Assembly (NCBI GenBank): GCA_963798485.1
Contig: CAWCTR010000021.1
Coordinates: 32,001 to 96,000, forward strand
DNA length: 64,000 nt
Direction: 5' to 3'
Source of the DNA: an uncultured delta proteobacterium
GTDB taxonomy: Bacteria; Desulfobacterota; Desulfomonilia; UBA1062
Made by a program: the position numbers and the translations under genes. The notes beneath the pieces are model-generated. The model did not search any database. It saw only the letters and a list, made by a program, of their open reading frames with translations, and was not told the origin of the DNA. Positions 39,451 through 48,063 of the stretch are shown piece by piece. Positions within the stretch are counted from its first letter, which is position 1. Each line of letters begins with the position of its first letter.

Positions 39451-39522
39451 GAAATAGCCGTAGCGGCATTTCTGCCCCAAGGTGGCGAAGGAGTTCCATA
39501 GCGGCCTTCTCATAGAGGAAAT
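39451..39522 (+). repeat. ~72 bp structured direct repeat, copy B
   Basis: GAAATAGCCGTAGCGGCATTTCTGCCCCAAGGTGGCGAAGGAG...AGAGGAAAT. Confidence 0.85.
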
Positions 39523-39565
39523 GCACGCGTAACTCCCCAATTTCCCTCCCACGAAGGTGCTCTTC

Positions 39566-40759
39566 CTAAAAAAAGGCGCTCCTGGTAGTGCCCATGAGCC
39601 CCCAGGCGATGTGGGGCCGGGCAAGCCGCCGGTAAAAGATGGAAAACGGCGTTGCCACTGTTTCACCCAGGGCCGAGAGCACGCCCTCAAGGAGATAGTG
39701 CGATCGATACCCGGGCTGGAAATAATGGTTCACGAGGTGGCATCCCGGGCAGTAGCTCACCACATGTTTTTTCCCGCTTGCTGAGAGTTCCTTGCGTTTG
39801 ATCCTGGCAACCTGTACGACCCTTGCTATCTTGCCGTCCGTGTATAATCCGCCGTATCCGCAGCACAGGGAGTTTTCCCGGTTGTGAGGCAGCTCGGATA
39901 CACTCATTCCAATAGCAGCTGCAATGCGGCGGACAGTGTCCAGGTAATCCGTACCATTCTCATATCCGAAACACGGGTCCGATATGGCCGCATCGATGTG
40001 CAAAGGGTTCGTGACCTGGGCGGAACCGGATTCGATCAGTTCCAGGAAGTAGTCATAGAGGCCTACGATCGGAAACGGCAGCTCTATGCCCAGAGTCTCG
40101 GGTATGATCCTGGTGAGCACTTTCTGGCAGTGCCCGCATCCCACCACCAGGCGCTCGAAACGGTTTTCAAGCAGGCGGTTCACCAGCCTCCTTGCAACCC
40201 GGTATCCTTCATCCAGCAGCCCGGCCTGAATCGCCCACACCCCGCAGCAGTCGTCAGGACCGCCGAACTTGGCGATATTCCGCAGCGCTGGCGATTCCTC
40301 CAGCGTGCGCGGCATCATCCGGTCGGTGCAACCCACCCAGAGGAGGTCCTTGCTCTTCTTGGGAGACGCCCAGTTACGCAGGATCATTCTCTCCGGTTTT
40401 CCAAAGCCCTTGTACACGTCCTTGAAGAAATTCGGTCCCCAGCCTTCCAGCCCCAGGCCGTTGATGCCGTATGACATGGAAGCGGGGTGCTCGGGCTCTG
40501 CACGCCGCTTGTGCTCGAGGCACTCACGCATCAGGCTGCTGGGGTGCGCATCGTTCGGGCAGCGATGGTCGCACTTGCCGCACCGGATGCAGGTGGCGAG
40601 CTCCGGATACCACAGTGGCCTGGCCGTGACCTTCTTCATTACATCCCGGGCCTGCTGCCTCGTGAGGTGCGCGTATTGGCAGCCGGCAAGGCATTCCCCA
40701 CATTGAACGCATTTCTCTGAAGAAAAACCCTTCGTATAGGTGCTCTGTTCAGTATGCAT
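39566..40759 (-). CDS. HdrD/GlpC-like Fe-S oxidoreductase (2x[4Fe-4S] + two CCG domains)
   Basis: CVQCGECLAGC, CIRCGKCDHRCP, DCCG..CGHC, LCCG..YCPGC. Confidence 0.85.
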   Translation of the reverse strand: MHTEQSTYTKGFSSEKCVQCGECLAGCQYAHLTRQQARDVMKKVTARPLWYPELATCIRCGKCDHRCPNDAHPSSLMRECLEHKRRAEPEHPASMSYGINGLGLEGWGPNFFKDVYKGFGKPERMILRNWASPKKSKDLLWVGCTDRMMPRTLEESPALRNIAKFGGPDDCCGVWAIQAGLLDEGYRVARRLVNRLLENRFERLVVGCGHCQKVLTRIIPETLGIELPFPIVGLYDYFLELIESGSAQVTNPLHIDAAISDPCFGYENGTDYLDTVRRIAAAIGMSVSELPHNRENSLCCGYGGLYTDGKIARVVQVARIKRKELSASGKKHVVSYCPGCHLVNHYFQPGYRSHYLLEGVLSALGETVATPFSIFYRRLARPHIAWGLMGTTRSAFF

Positions 40760-40946
40760 ACGTATGATCCGCCCTCTCTCTTACAGCATGTCGATCCCGG
40801 CAGATCTTATCATGAAGCTCTTTTGAAAAATATATCCATTCAGTGCAGGAAAATGCGCTCAGAGATGATTTTCACATTCACCTGAACTAACCCTAATGAA
40901 GAAAATGGTATCTGACCACATTTATACTGTGAATATGTGTGGAAAT

Positions 40947-41022
40947 GAGATTCTTCACTTCGTTCAGAATGACAATCGTTATTATGATAGAGAGTGTCAT
41001 CCTGAGCGTAGCGAAGGATCTC
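40947..41022. repeat. REP-like paired element, family 3
   Basis: GAGATTCTTCACTTCGTTCAGAATGACA and inverted partner TGTCATCCTGAGCGTAGCGAAGGATCTC. Confidence 0.78.
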
Positions 41023-41605
41023 ATAAGTCATTCTATGGTTTAGGCAAGAGCCCGACAAGACCTGGCCCTCTTTTTACCCCTATTCTCCGAAGACTCCGAA
41101 GATAGGGAATACTCCAGCCTTATAAAAATCAAATAGTTATACCTGAAATCTAAAATCTGATATGGAACTGATATAACGCTTATGATATAGTATTGAAATT
41201 AGGCAATTACCCACCTTTGATTCCACATCAAGAAATTGCCGGACATGTCCAAAGAGAAGAGGAGGTAATTCATTTAATCCATGTTAATGAGAACGAGAAA
41301 CCTGTCTGAGTCATTAAACACGTAAAGGACGTAAACGGGGTCGGACCAAGCTAACCATCTGATATCCATTATTTTATGCACCAGAATAAGCCGTTTTTAA
41401 GGCTTAGAATGTCCATTTTGGGGTAAAAAACAGAGCTATAAGATTCAGGAGGAACTGAGGTCAGAGACCATTTTCTTTCTTCTTCGGTCTCTCCTTTCTT
41501 CCAGGCCTTACCTTCCTCTTTAACATCTCCTCTATCTCTCCCCGAAACCTGTCCCCTCCCAATACGAGTCCATTCTGTTTAGTGCGCGAACGGATACGGG
41601 CATTG

Positions 41606-41621
41606 GGTAATAGATATTACC
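41606..41621. promoter_or_regulatory. Candidate operator palindrome upstream of Fe-ADH
   Basis: Perfect GGTAATA-GA-TATTACC, ~55 bp upstream of the start codon. Confidence 0.45.
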
Positions 41622-41675
41622 GTTATGTTGTGTTACAGTCGACAGAGAAATCAAACATCGGGGGAGGTAATCATC

Positions 41676-42911
41676 ATGTGGGCATTGAAGAAAGCGTATT
41701 ATCGTACGTATCAGTTCGTTCAGGGCTTTGGGATGAATTTTCTTCCCTGGATTGAACCCGAAATCATCCAAGGCGCTGGCAGCATACTAAAACTTCCCCT
41801 GGTCATCAGAAACAAAGGTATCAGGAGCGTTCTTATCGTTACCGACCCCGGCCTTATGGCACTACGCCTTCTCGATTCTCTCTTTGAGGCCCTCGATTCC
41901 GCAGGTATCACGTATTCACTCTATGACCAGGTACAACCCAACCCTACCATCGAGAACATCGAAGCGGCACTGAAAATTTATAATGAAAACCGTTGTCAGG
42001 CTATCATAGCTTTCGGCGGCGGTTCACCCATGGATTGTGCAAAGGTTACAGGCGCACGGGTTGCACGCCCGAACCGTTCGGTTACCAAGATGAGAGGTTT
42101 GTTCAAGGTAATACTGCCCGATATAAAAATGGGATCTCTTTTCCCCCCGGCCCTTTTCGCAGTTCCGACAACAGCAGGTACAGGTTCAGAAACCACCATA
42201 ACAGCCGTGGTATCGAACACCCAAACGCATGAAAAATATCCCATCAACGACCCTGTTATCCGCCCGAGATACGCGGTTCTTGACCCGGTACTAACCGTCG
42301 GTCTGCCGCCTCACATTACCGCAACAACAGGCATGGATGCCTTGACACATGCCGTCGAGTCCTACATCGGTAAATTCTATAACAGTGAAGCTACCCGTAT
42401 GAAGGCTATTCTGGCAGTCGGAATGATTTTCAACAATGTTGAAAAGGCTTACCATGACGGGAAAGACCTTGAAGCACGCGGGCAGATGCTCCTTGCTTCC
42501 TATTATGCAGGATATTCATTCACGCGCGGCGCAGTCGGCTATGTTCACGGGATCGGTCATAACCTCGGCGGTATGTACGGCGTTCCCCATGGTCTCGCAA
42601 TGTCTGTCATTATGCCTTATGTCCTTGAGTGGTACGGTGAAGCGGCGCACAAACCCCTGGCTGAACTTGCGGAGGTTGCCGGTGTTTCCAGGTTCGGCAT
42701 GAGCCGGGCTCAGAAGGCCAGGGCCTTTATCGAAGCCGTTAAAGCGCTGAACAGCAGATTGAACATTCCGAACAAGTTTGATTGCATTCAAGACAAAGAC
42801 ATCCCGACAATCGCAGAACGTGCATTGTATGAATGCAACCCTATGTATCCGGTTCCCAAGATCATGGGCAAAGAGGATTGCATGGCGGTTATTAGATCTC
42901 TTAAGGCATAA
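41676..42911 (+). CDS. Iron-containing alcohol dehydrogenase
   Basis: GGGSPMDCAK, PTTAGTGSE, GMDALTHAVE, HGIGH, PHG; ATG 41676 after GGGGAGG. Confidence 0.93.
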   Translation: MWALKKAYYRTYQFVQGFGMNFLPWIEPEIIQGAGSILKLPLVIRNKGIRSVLIVTDPGLMALRLLDSLFEALDSAGITYSLYDQVQPNPTIENIEAALKIYNENRCQAIIAFGGGSPMDCAKVTGARVARPNRSVTKMRGLFKVILPDIKMGSLFPPALFAVPTTAGTGSETTITAVVSNTQTHEKYPINDPVIRPRYAVLDPVLTVGLPPHITATTGMDALTHAVESYIGKFYNSEATRMKAILAVGMIFNNVEKAYHDGKDLEARGQMLLASYYAGYSFTRGAVGYVHGIGHNLGGMYGVPHGLAMSVIMPYVLEWYGEAAHKPLAELAEVAGVSRFGMSRAQKARAFIEAVKALNSRLNIPNKFDCIQDKDIPTIAERALYECNPMYPVPKIMGKEDCMAVIRSLKA

Positions 42912-42990
42912 GGTTGCCTCTCATAATTGATAAGTTTGCTTGAGGGTAAAGAAATCCAATCCCGGGCGTCATTCCTACGAAAATAAGGAA

Positions 42991-43031
42991 CCCCCTCACC
43001 GAAGTCCCTTTCCCGCGAGGGGAGAGGGGAC
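42991..43031 (-). repeat. REP-like hairpin repeat, family 1 copy 3 (inverted)
   Basis: Reverse complement GTCCCCTCTCCCCTCGCGGGAAAGGGACTTCGGTGAGGGGG. Confidence 0.8.
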
Positions 43032-43084
43032 ATAGCATGAAACGATACCGTCTTTTCATATTTCGGGGTGATCCCTTTTCATGC

Positions 43085-43152
43085 GTCATTCCCGCGGATG
43101 CGGGAATCCAGTATTTTGAACACTTCTGGCCCCCCGCCTTCGCGGGGGCGAC
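43085..43152. repeat. REP-like paired element, family 2
   Basis: GTCATTCCCGCGGATGCGGGAATCCAG and inverted partner CTGGCCCCCCGCCTTCGCGGGGGCGAC. Confidence 0.8.
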
Positions 43153-43181
43153 ACTCGTGAAAAAACATACCTAATCCCTGC

Positions 43182-43216
43182 TTGACCTTCAGGAAGGTAT
43201 GATTAAATATCATACC
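43182..43216 (+). promoter_or_regulatory. Promoter/operator of CopG antitoxin gene
   Basis: TTGACC -35 and perfect inverted repeat GGTATGAT-TAAAT-ATCATACC (43196-43216). Confidence 0.65.
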
Positions 43217-43227
43217 GGAGGTGGAAA

Positions 43228-43470
43228 ATGGGTTCATCCAAGGTGGCGATCACGATTGATGACGAAACTCTTCAAAGAATCGACCGTCTGGTAAAGGAGC
43301 ATGTCTTTCCAAATCGAAGCAAGGCGATACAAGAGGCCGTACTGGATAAAATCAAACGTCTTGAAAAATCCAGGCTCGCCCGGGAATGCGCAAAGCTTGA
43401 CCCTTTATATGAGCAGGCACTCGCTGACGAAGGAATTCCCGAGGATGTGAATGGATTGCCAGAATATTAA
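43228..43470 (+). CDS. CopG/RHH antitoxin (PemK/MazF partner type)
   Basis: [33 protein letters not shown]; SD GGAGG. Confidence 0.85.
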   Translation: MGSSKVAITIDDETLQRIDRLVKEHVFPNRSKAIQEAVLDKIKRLEKSRLARECAKLDPLYEQALADEGIPEDVNGLPEY

Positions 43471-43505
43471 GGGGTGATGTCCGTTGGGCTGATTTAAGTC
43501 CCTAA
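43455..43505 (+). pseudogene. PemK/MazF toxin 5' remnant
   Basis: ATT GCC AGA ATA TTA AGG GGT GAT GTC CGT TGG GCT GAT TTA AGT CCC TAA = (I)[15 protein letters not shown], the typical MazF N-terminus overlapping the antitoxin end. Confidence 0.72.
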
Positions 43506-44058
43506 GTTTTCTGTATCTGCATTTTAATCACTTGAATCTAAGTTTTGTTTGCTGATTAGTATCATTAATAAAAGACATTAATGTTGAATATAATAATATA
43601 GGATCATTTTAGTTATTATTTAAATTGTCGAAACAAATATGTATCATATTAAACACTCGATATACCCATTAATAACGCATATGAACCTCCAGGATCTGCC
43701 CTCATGCATTATTTCCTTAAAAGATAACAAGCACAGGTGTATTGAACTCGTTGCCTGATATCCCGCAATTTAACATGATCATGGGTGGATTGAACACTGA
43801 AAGTGATTGTTACTTACACCAGGTCAATCTGGTAGATAGCCGGCTAATGTATCGACCTGCGATTTGAAGATATGTTCAATCAAGTTTCATATTGAGGATC
43901 CCATCCAAGATTATATTCTCATGATCCATTAATGTATGAATTTGCATGTCCCAAGAAAGCTCAATCGGCTTAAAAGAAGGTCAAAGCCATAGGTAATCGC
44001 CTTTAATAAATTGTATTAATTAACTAATTAAAGTCATCATGGAACTTATTCATTACAC

Positions 44059-44073
44059 TGGCATGCTACTTGC
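44059..44073 (+). promoter_or_regulatory. Sigma54 (-24/-12) promoter
   Basis: TGGCATGCTACTTGC matches TGGCAC-N5-TTGC with exact GG-N10-GC spacing, 46 bp before the SD-preceded ATG 44120; AT-rich upstream DNA. Confidence 0.78.
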
Positions 44074-44119
44074 CCTAGCTATTATCTATAATCGAGCTTG
44101 TGGAAAGGAGGTATTTACC

Positions 44120-46051
44120 ATGGCCCTAAAAAAAAGATTACCTTTAACCGAACCTACCCTTGAAGTGGTAAGCTCTGCCAAGACTGAAGTTAAAAATTCG
44201 CCGTTAGTCACGCCTACTCTCGGATTGCTCGGTGCAACCGTGAACGCCATGGCGTTAATAGCACCCGGGGCGTTTTTATGGATCACTTACCAGATGCAGG
44301 CAGCCGCTACAGCGCCAAGCGGGGCATCGGTTGCAGGCGATATATGGGCAGGGATTGTGGTTGCCTTGATAATCGCATTTCTCACAGCCCTTTCCTATTC
44401 TCAACTGGCGAAGATATATCCTGAAGCCGGCTTTGCCAGCGTGACCTATTTCGCGGAAAAGGCATTCCTCGACAACTCGGGCACGAAAAGGGCCGCACCG
44501 AATTCCATGGCCCGCATGTCAAAGCTTGCAACCGGCTGGGCCGCACATTTGTTCTACTGGGTATATCCGGGTGTCATGGTGGCCATGTTCGCTATCATGA
44601 TAGGTTACATCTATACGCAATTCACCGGTGGAACGTTATCCAATATAGCCCTGACGCTTATCGGGGTCATCATTGCGGCTGTAATCGGATATATTGCCTA
44701 TCGCGGCGTGAACGGCTCGACCAAAACCTCCATCTGGATCAATGTGATACAGCTCATAACCCTTGTTGTTTTCAGCGGCCTGGCCATATGGTACAGGCTG
44801 GGCAACCCTCAAGGGGCCGCTACATGGGCATCTAGCGGCGCATGGGATGTTATTCGTCCTCACACGTTTAGCGGGGTCCTGGTCCAATCAACGCTGGCCA
44901 TCCTGATATTGGTAGGTTTTGAGAGCTGCACTGCCTTGGCGGCTGAAACCAAGGAGCCGGAGAAGAATATTCCCAAGGCCATCATCATCTCACTGGTGAT
45001 TCAGGGGTTGTTCGCCTACCTTATCGAGTATTTTGCCACGGGCACCATGATCAGTGAAAAACTGACAAACGGCAGCGGCAAAACTCTTGTTACCGGAATG
45101 GCTGCCGCCGCTGCCTCTTCGGCACCGATCGGCGACCTGGCGAAGCTCATCGGCGACAACCTGCTTCACGGTGTCGGATTCGGCCTGATGATCACCATGG
45201 CGGTTACCGTGGTAATTGCGATCATAGGCACGACGCTCAGCTGCATGAACACCGCCATCAGGGTAAGCGCGGGCATGGCAGGGGATCGTGAACTGCCGAA
45301 CATGATGGGTTTCATCCATCAGAAATTCAGCACCCCGCATGTGGCAATCGGGGCCATGGTTATCGTCTCTGCGGTCATCGCTGCGATCGGTGTGAGGTCG
45401 GTGGTAGGCCTCACCGGCATCGCGCTGGCATCGAACTTCGGGACCTTCGTGCTCTACGGCCTGACCTGCGTGTGGACCATTATCGCCTTCAAGAACAGGG
45501 ACGACTTCAGCGTGCTCAAGCACGGCATTATCCCGGTGCTCGGCATCATCGGTAACGTGGTTATGGTTGTGGCCATCGTCTATCTGTACTCCATAGGCAA
45601 TGCCGACTCCAAGGCCGAAGCGGACATCTGCTTCCTTATCGCGGGAGCCTGGGCCTTGATCAGCCTTGCCTACGTTGCGTTAACGGGTGTGAAACGGTCG
45701 TACAGCTTGAAAATGATTTCCGCCATGATCCGTCCTGATATGCTCAATGTCCTGGTGGAGATCCTGAAAGATGAAGAGCTCATCCTGGGGATGACCGTGA
45801 CCAGAGTCAAGGGGTTCGGTAGGCAAAAAGGCCAAAAGGACAAAGATGCGGAGCCCATTAACGACAAGATTTCCTTTATTCCCAAGGTGAGGGTCGACCT
45901 CGTCGTGAATGACTGGGATGTCCCGGGTGTGATGGAAATCATGCGGGATGCCCTCTTTACCGGCAATGTAGGTGACGGCAAGATCTTTGTGCTGGATGCC
46001 AAAGACGCCATGAGGATTCGGACAGGTGAAAAAGGGGTATACGCCTTATAG
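44120..46051 (+). CDS. APC-superfamily amino acid/amine permease fused to C-terminal PII domain
   Basis: Many TM helices with LVGFE..LAAETKEPEKNIPKA APC motif, then in frame LKMISAMIRP..GMTVTRVKGFGRQKG..PKVRVDLVV..TGNVGDGKIFV..MRIRTGEKG; SD AAGGAGG. Confidence 0.92.
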   Translation: MALKKRLPLTEPTLEVVSSAKTEVKNSPLVTPTLGLLGATVNAMALIAPGAFLWITYQMQAAATAPSGASVAGDIWAGIVVALIIAFLTALSYSQLAKIYPEAGFASVTYFAEKAFLDNSGTKRAAPNSMARMSKLATGWAAHLFYWVYPGVMVAMFAIMIGYIYTQFTGGTLSNIALTLIGVIIAAVIGYIAYRGVNGSTKTSIWINVIQLITLVVFSGLAIWYRLGNPQGAATWASSGAWDVIRPHTFSGVLVQSTLAILILVGFESCTALAAETKEPEKNIPKAIIISLVIQGLFAYLIEYFATGTMISEKLTNGSGKTLVTGMAAAAASSAPIGDLAKLIGDNLLHGVGFGLMITMAVTVVIAIIGTTLSCMNTAIRVSAGMAGDRELPNMMGFIHQKFSTPHVAIGAMVIVSAVIAAIGVRSVVGLTGIALASNFGTFVLYGLTCVWTIIAFKNRDDFSVLKHGIIPVLGIIGNVVMVVAIVYLYSIGNADSKAEADICFLIAGAWALISLAYVALTGVKRSYSLKMISAMIRPDMLNVLVEILKDEELILGMTVTRVKGFGRQKGQKDKDAEPINDKISFIPKVRVDLVVNDWDVPGVMEIMRDALFTGNVGDGKIFVLDAKDAMRIRTGEKGVYAL

Positions 46052-46096
46052 GGTGATAATCCTCGGATTAAAATAATCAGACAAGGGAGATGCAAG

Positions 46097-46435
46097 ATGA
46101 AAAGGATTGAAGCGATTATTCGGCCGGACAAGGTGAGCGCAGTATTCAATGCATTGAAAAAATTAGGTCATCCCGGCGTGATGATCTCAGAGATTGAGGG
46201 CCATGGAAGCCAGGAAGGCATAAATATCCAGGTTCGCGGCAATACCTATAAAGTTGACTTGATCACCAAGGCCAGGGTTGAGGTGATCGTAAAAGAAAAT
46301 GAAATGGAACTGATCATCAAGGCAATCTGCGATGCGGCTTTCACCGGTAAGATAGGGGATGGGAAAATATTCATCCATCCAGTGGACGATGCCTTGAGGG
46401 TGCGTACCGGCGAACGGGGAGAAATAGCTGTCTAA
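46097..46435 (+). CDS. PII nitrogen regulatory protein (GlnB/GlnK family)
   Basis: 112 aa; IEAIIRP, GHGSQ39, RGNTY51, K58, TGKIGDGKIFI, RVRTGE. Confidence 0.95.
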   Translation: MKRIEAIIRPDKVSAVFNALKKLGHPGVMISEIEGHGSQEGINIQVRGNTYKVDLITKARVEVIVKENEMELIIKAICDAAFTGKIGDGKIFIHPVDDALRVRTGERGEIAV

Positions 46436-46473
46436 CCTTACATCGAACGTTAAGATAATTATGCGGTTAAGGT

Positions 46474-48012
46474 ATGGAACCTTTTACCTACAATGATCTC
46501 GATGTTCTCCATGATCTTGCAAAGATCCTGGCGTCGCCCCTCGACTTAAGGGACCAGCTTGAACAAGGTATCAACGAACTCTGTGCCCGCACCGGGATGA
46601 ATAGGGCTATGATCTCCATACTCGACCGGGACAGCGGGATTGCCATCCTTGATGTCACTCACGGCGTGGATATCAACAGCAGAGAGATTATCTACAAACC
46701 CGGAGAGGGAATCACCGGCCAAGTGGCACAGACCGGAAAACCTTTAGTCATTACCAACCTCGATGAGGAGAAGCGCTTCCTCGACAGGACCGAATCCAGG
46801 CGGTCGTTGAATCGGTCGGAGTTTGTGTTTTTCTGTGTTCCCATCATCCATGATGACAAGGTGGTGGGTGTTCTCTCGGCTGATAAGGCTGCCATTGAGA
46901 CGGTCAACCAGGAGTATGAGCTGAAGCTTCTTTGTGAGGTTGCTGAACTGATAGCCAATGCCGTACACATGAGAGTTCTCGAGGAAGAGAACATCATGTT
47001 GAAAAACGTTCTTGAAAAAAGCGGGCTACCTTCAAAGGATCTTATCGGCAACTCTAAGGTCATGAAAGACGTATCCGACCTCATCTTTCAGGTTTCCGGA
47101 TCCGATGCTACTGTGCTTATCCATGGGGAGACAGGGACTGGGAAAGAACTTGTTGCCAGGGCCATCCATATGAATAGTCCCAGGGTTAATAACCCGTTTA
47201 TTGAGGTGAACTGCGCCGCCATTCCGGATACCCTTATAGAAAGCGTGCTATTCGGACATGAGAGAGGGGCCTTTACCGGCGCTGACAAGAGGAAGAAAGG
47301 AAGGTTCGAGGAGGCAAACCACGGGACCCTGTTTCTCGATGAAGTAGGGGAGCTCTCTTCCCTTGCACAAGCCAAGCTTCTGAAGGTGATCGAGCAGCGT
47401 AATTTCCAACCCCTGGGATCGAACACTATTGTGAAGGTCAATGTGCGTATCATTGCCGCCACCAACCGCGACCTTGAACAGGATGTGGCCGCCGACGAGT
47501 TCAGAGCGGACTTATACTACAGGCTCAATGTGTTCCCTATTTACATGCCTCCATTGCGGGATCGCGGTGGAGATATCATACTGCTTGCAAATTACTTTGT
47601 GGAGAAATATTCCAGGAAGTTCAGAAGATCCATTCATTACATCTCCACACCGGCCATTGATCTCCTGATTGCACACCATTGGCCCGGCAACGTGCGCGAG
47701 CTTGAGAATTGCATCGAAAGGGCCGTTCTGCTCACAAGAGGTGATACTATCGATGGTATGCATCTGCCCATCTCGATGCAGAAACAAATGGCAAGCACGG
47801 AGGAAAATCAGTACAGGAGACTGGAAAGCCTCATAGCAGCCTATGAGCGCTCAATAATCATGGATGCCATGAAAGCCGCCAGGGGTAACCAAAGCAAGGC
47901 AGCTCAACTCCTTGGAACCACCAAGCGCATCATGCAGTACAAGGTAGGGAAACATAATATCGACAGAAACCTTTTTAAGATAATAAAACCGAGGGCGACG
48001 AACCGGCATTGA
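46474..48012 (+). CDS. NifA-like sigma54 enhancer-binding protein (GAF-AAA+-HTH)
   Basis: GAF (YKPGEGITGQV, CVPI), GETGTGKE, GAFTGA, FLDEVGE, WPGNVRELEN, NQSKAAQLLG. Confidence 0.92.
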   Translation: MEPFTYNDLDVLHDLAKILASPLDLRDQLEQGINELCARTGMNRAMISILDRDSGIAILDVTHGVDINSREIIYKPGEGITGQVAQTGKPLVITNLDEEKRFLDRTESRRSLNRSEFVFFCVPIIHDDKVVGVLSADKAAIETVNQEYELKLLCEVAELIANAVHMRVLEEENIMLKNVLEKSGLPSKDLIGNSKVMKDVSDLIFQVSGSDATVLIHGETGTGKELVARAIHMNSPRVNNPFIEVNCAAIPDTLIESVLFGHERGAFTGADKRKKGRFEEANHGTLFLDEVGELSSLAQAKLLKVIEQRNFQPLGSNTIVKVNVRIIAATNRDLEQDVAADEFRADLYYRLNVFPIYMPPLRDRGGDIILLANYFVEKYSRKFRRSIHYISTPAIDLLIAHHWPGNVRELENCIERAVLLTRGDTIDGMHLPISMQKQMASTEENQYRRLESLIAAYERSIIMDAMKAARGNQSKAAQLLGTTKRIMQYKVGKHNIDRNLFKIIKPRATNRH

Positions 48013-48063
48013 TTTCTGCAGAAGCTTGGCCCCGACAATTCTATGACAACACCATAATACGTG

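Noticed and set aside
37941-39522. CRISPR array or integron attC array
   Set aside because: Only 2-3 copies separated by whole genes, no regular spacers, no cas or intI, no attC end motifs
40760-41620. tRNA, riboswitch or hidden gene in the 860 bp intergenic gap
   Set aside because: No cloverleaf or riboswitch consensus recognised and the short ORFs derive from repeats; an Rfam scan would be needed to exclude it fully
44039-44119. ORF-track start of the permease at 44039
   Set aside because: It overlaps the sigma54 promoter; a strong SD precedes ATG 44120
46474-48012. Nitrogen fixation locus
   Set aside because: The activator is NifA-like in architecture only; no nifHDK or cofactor genes in the window
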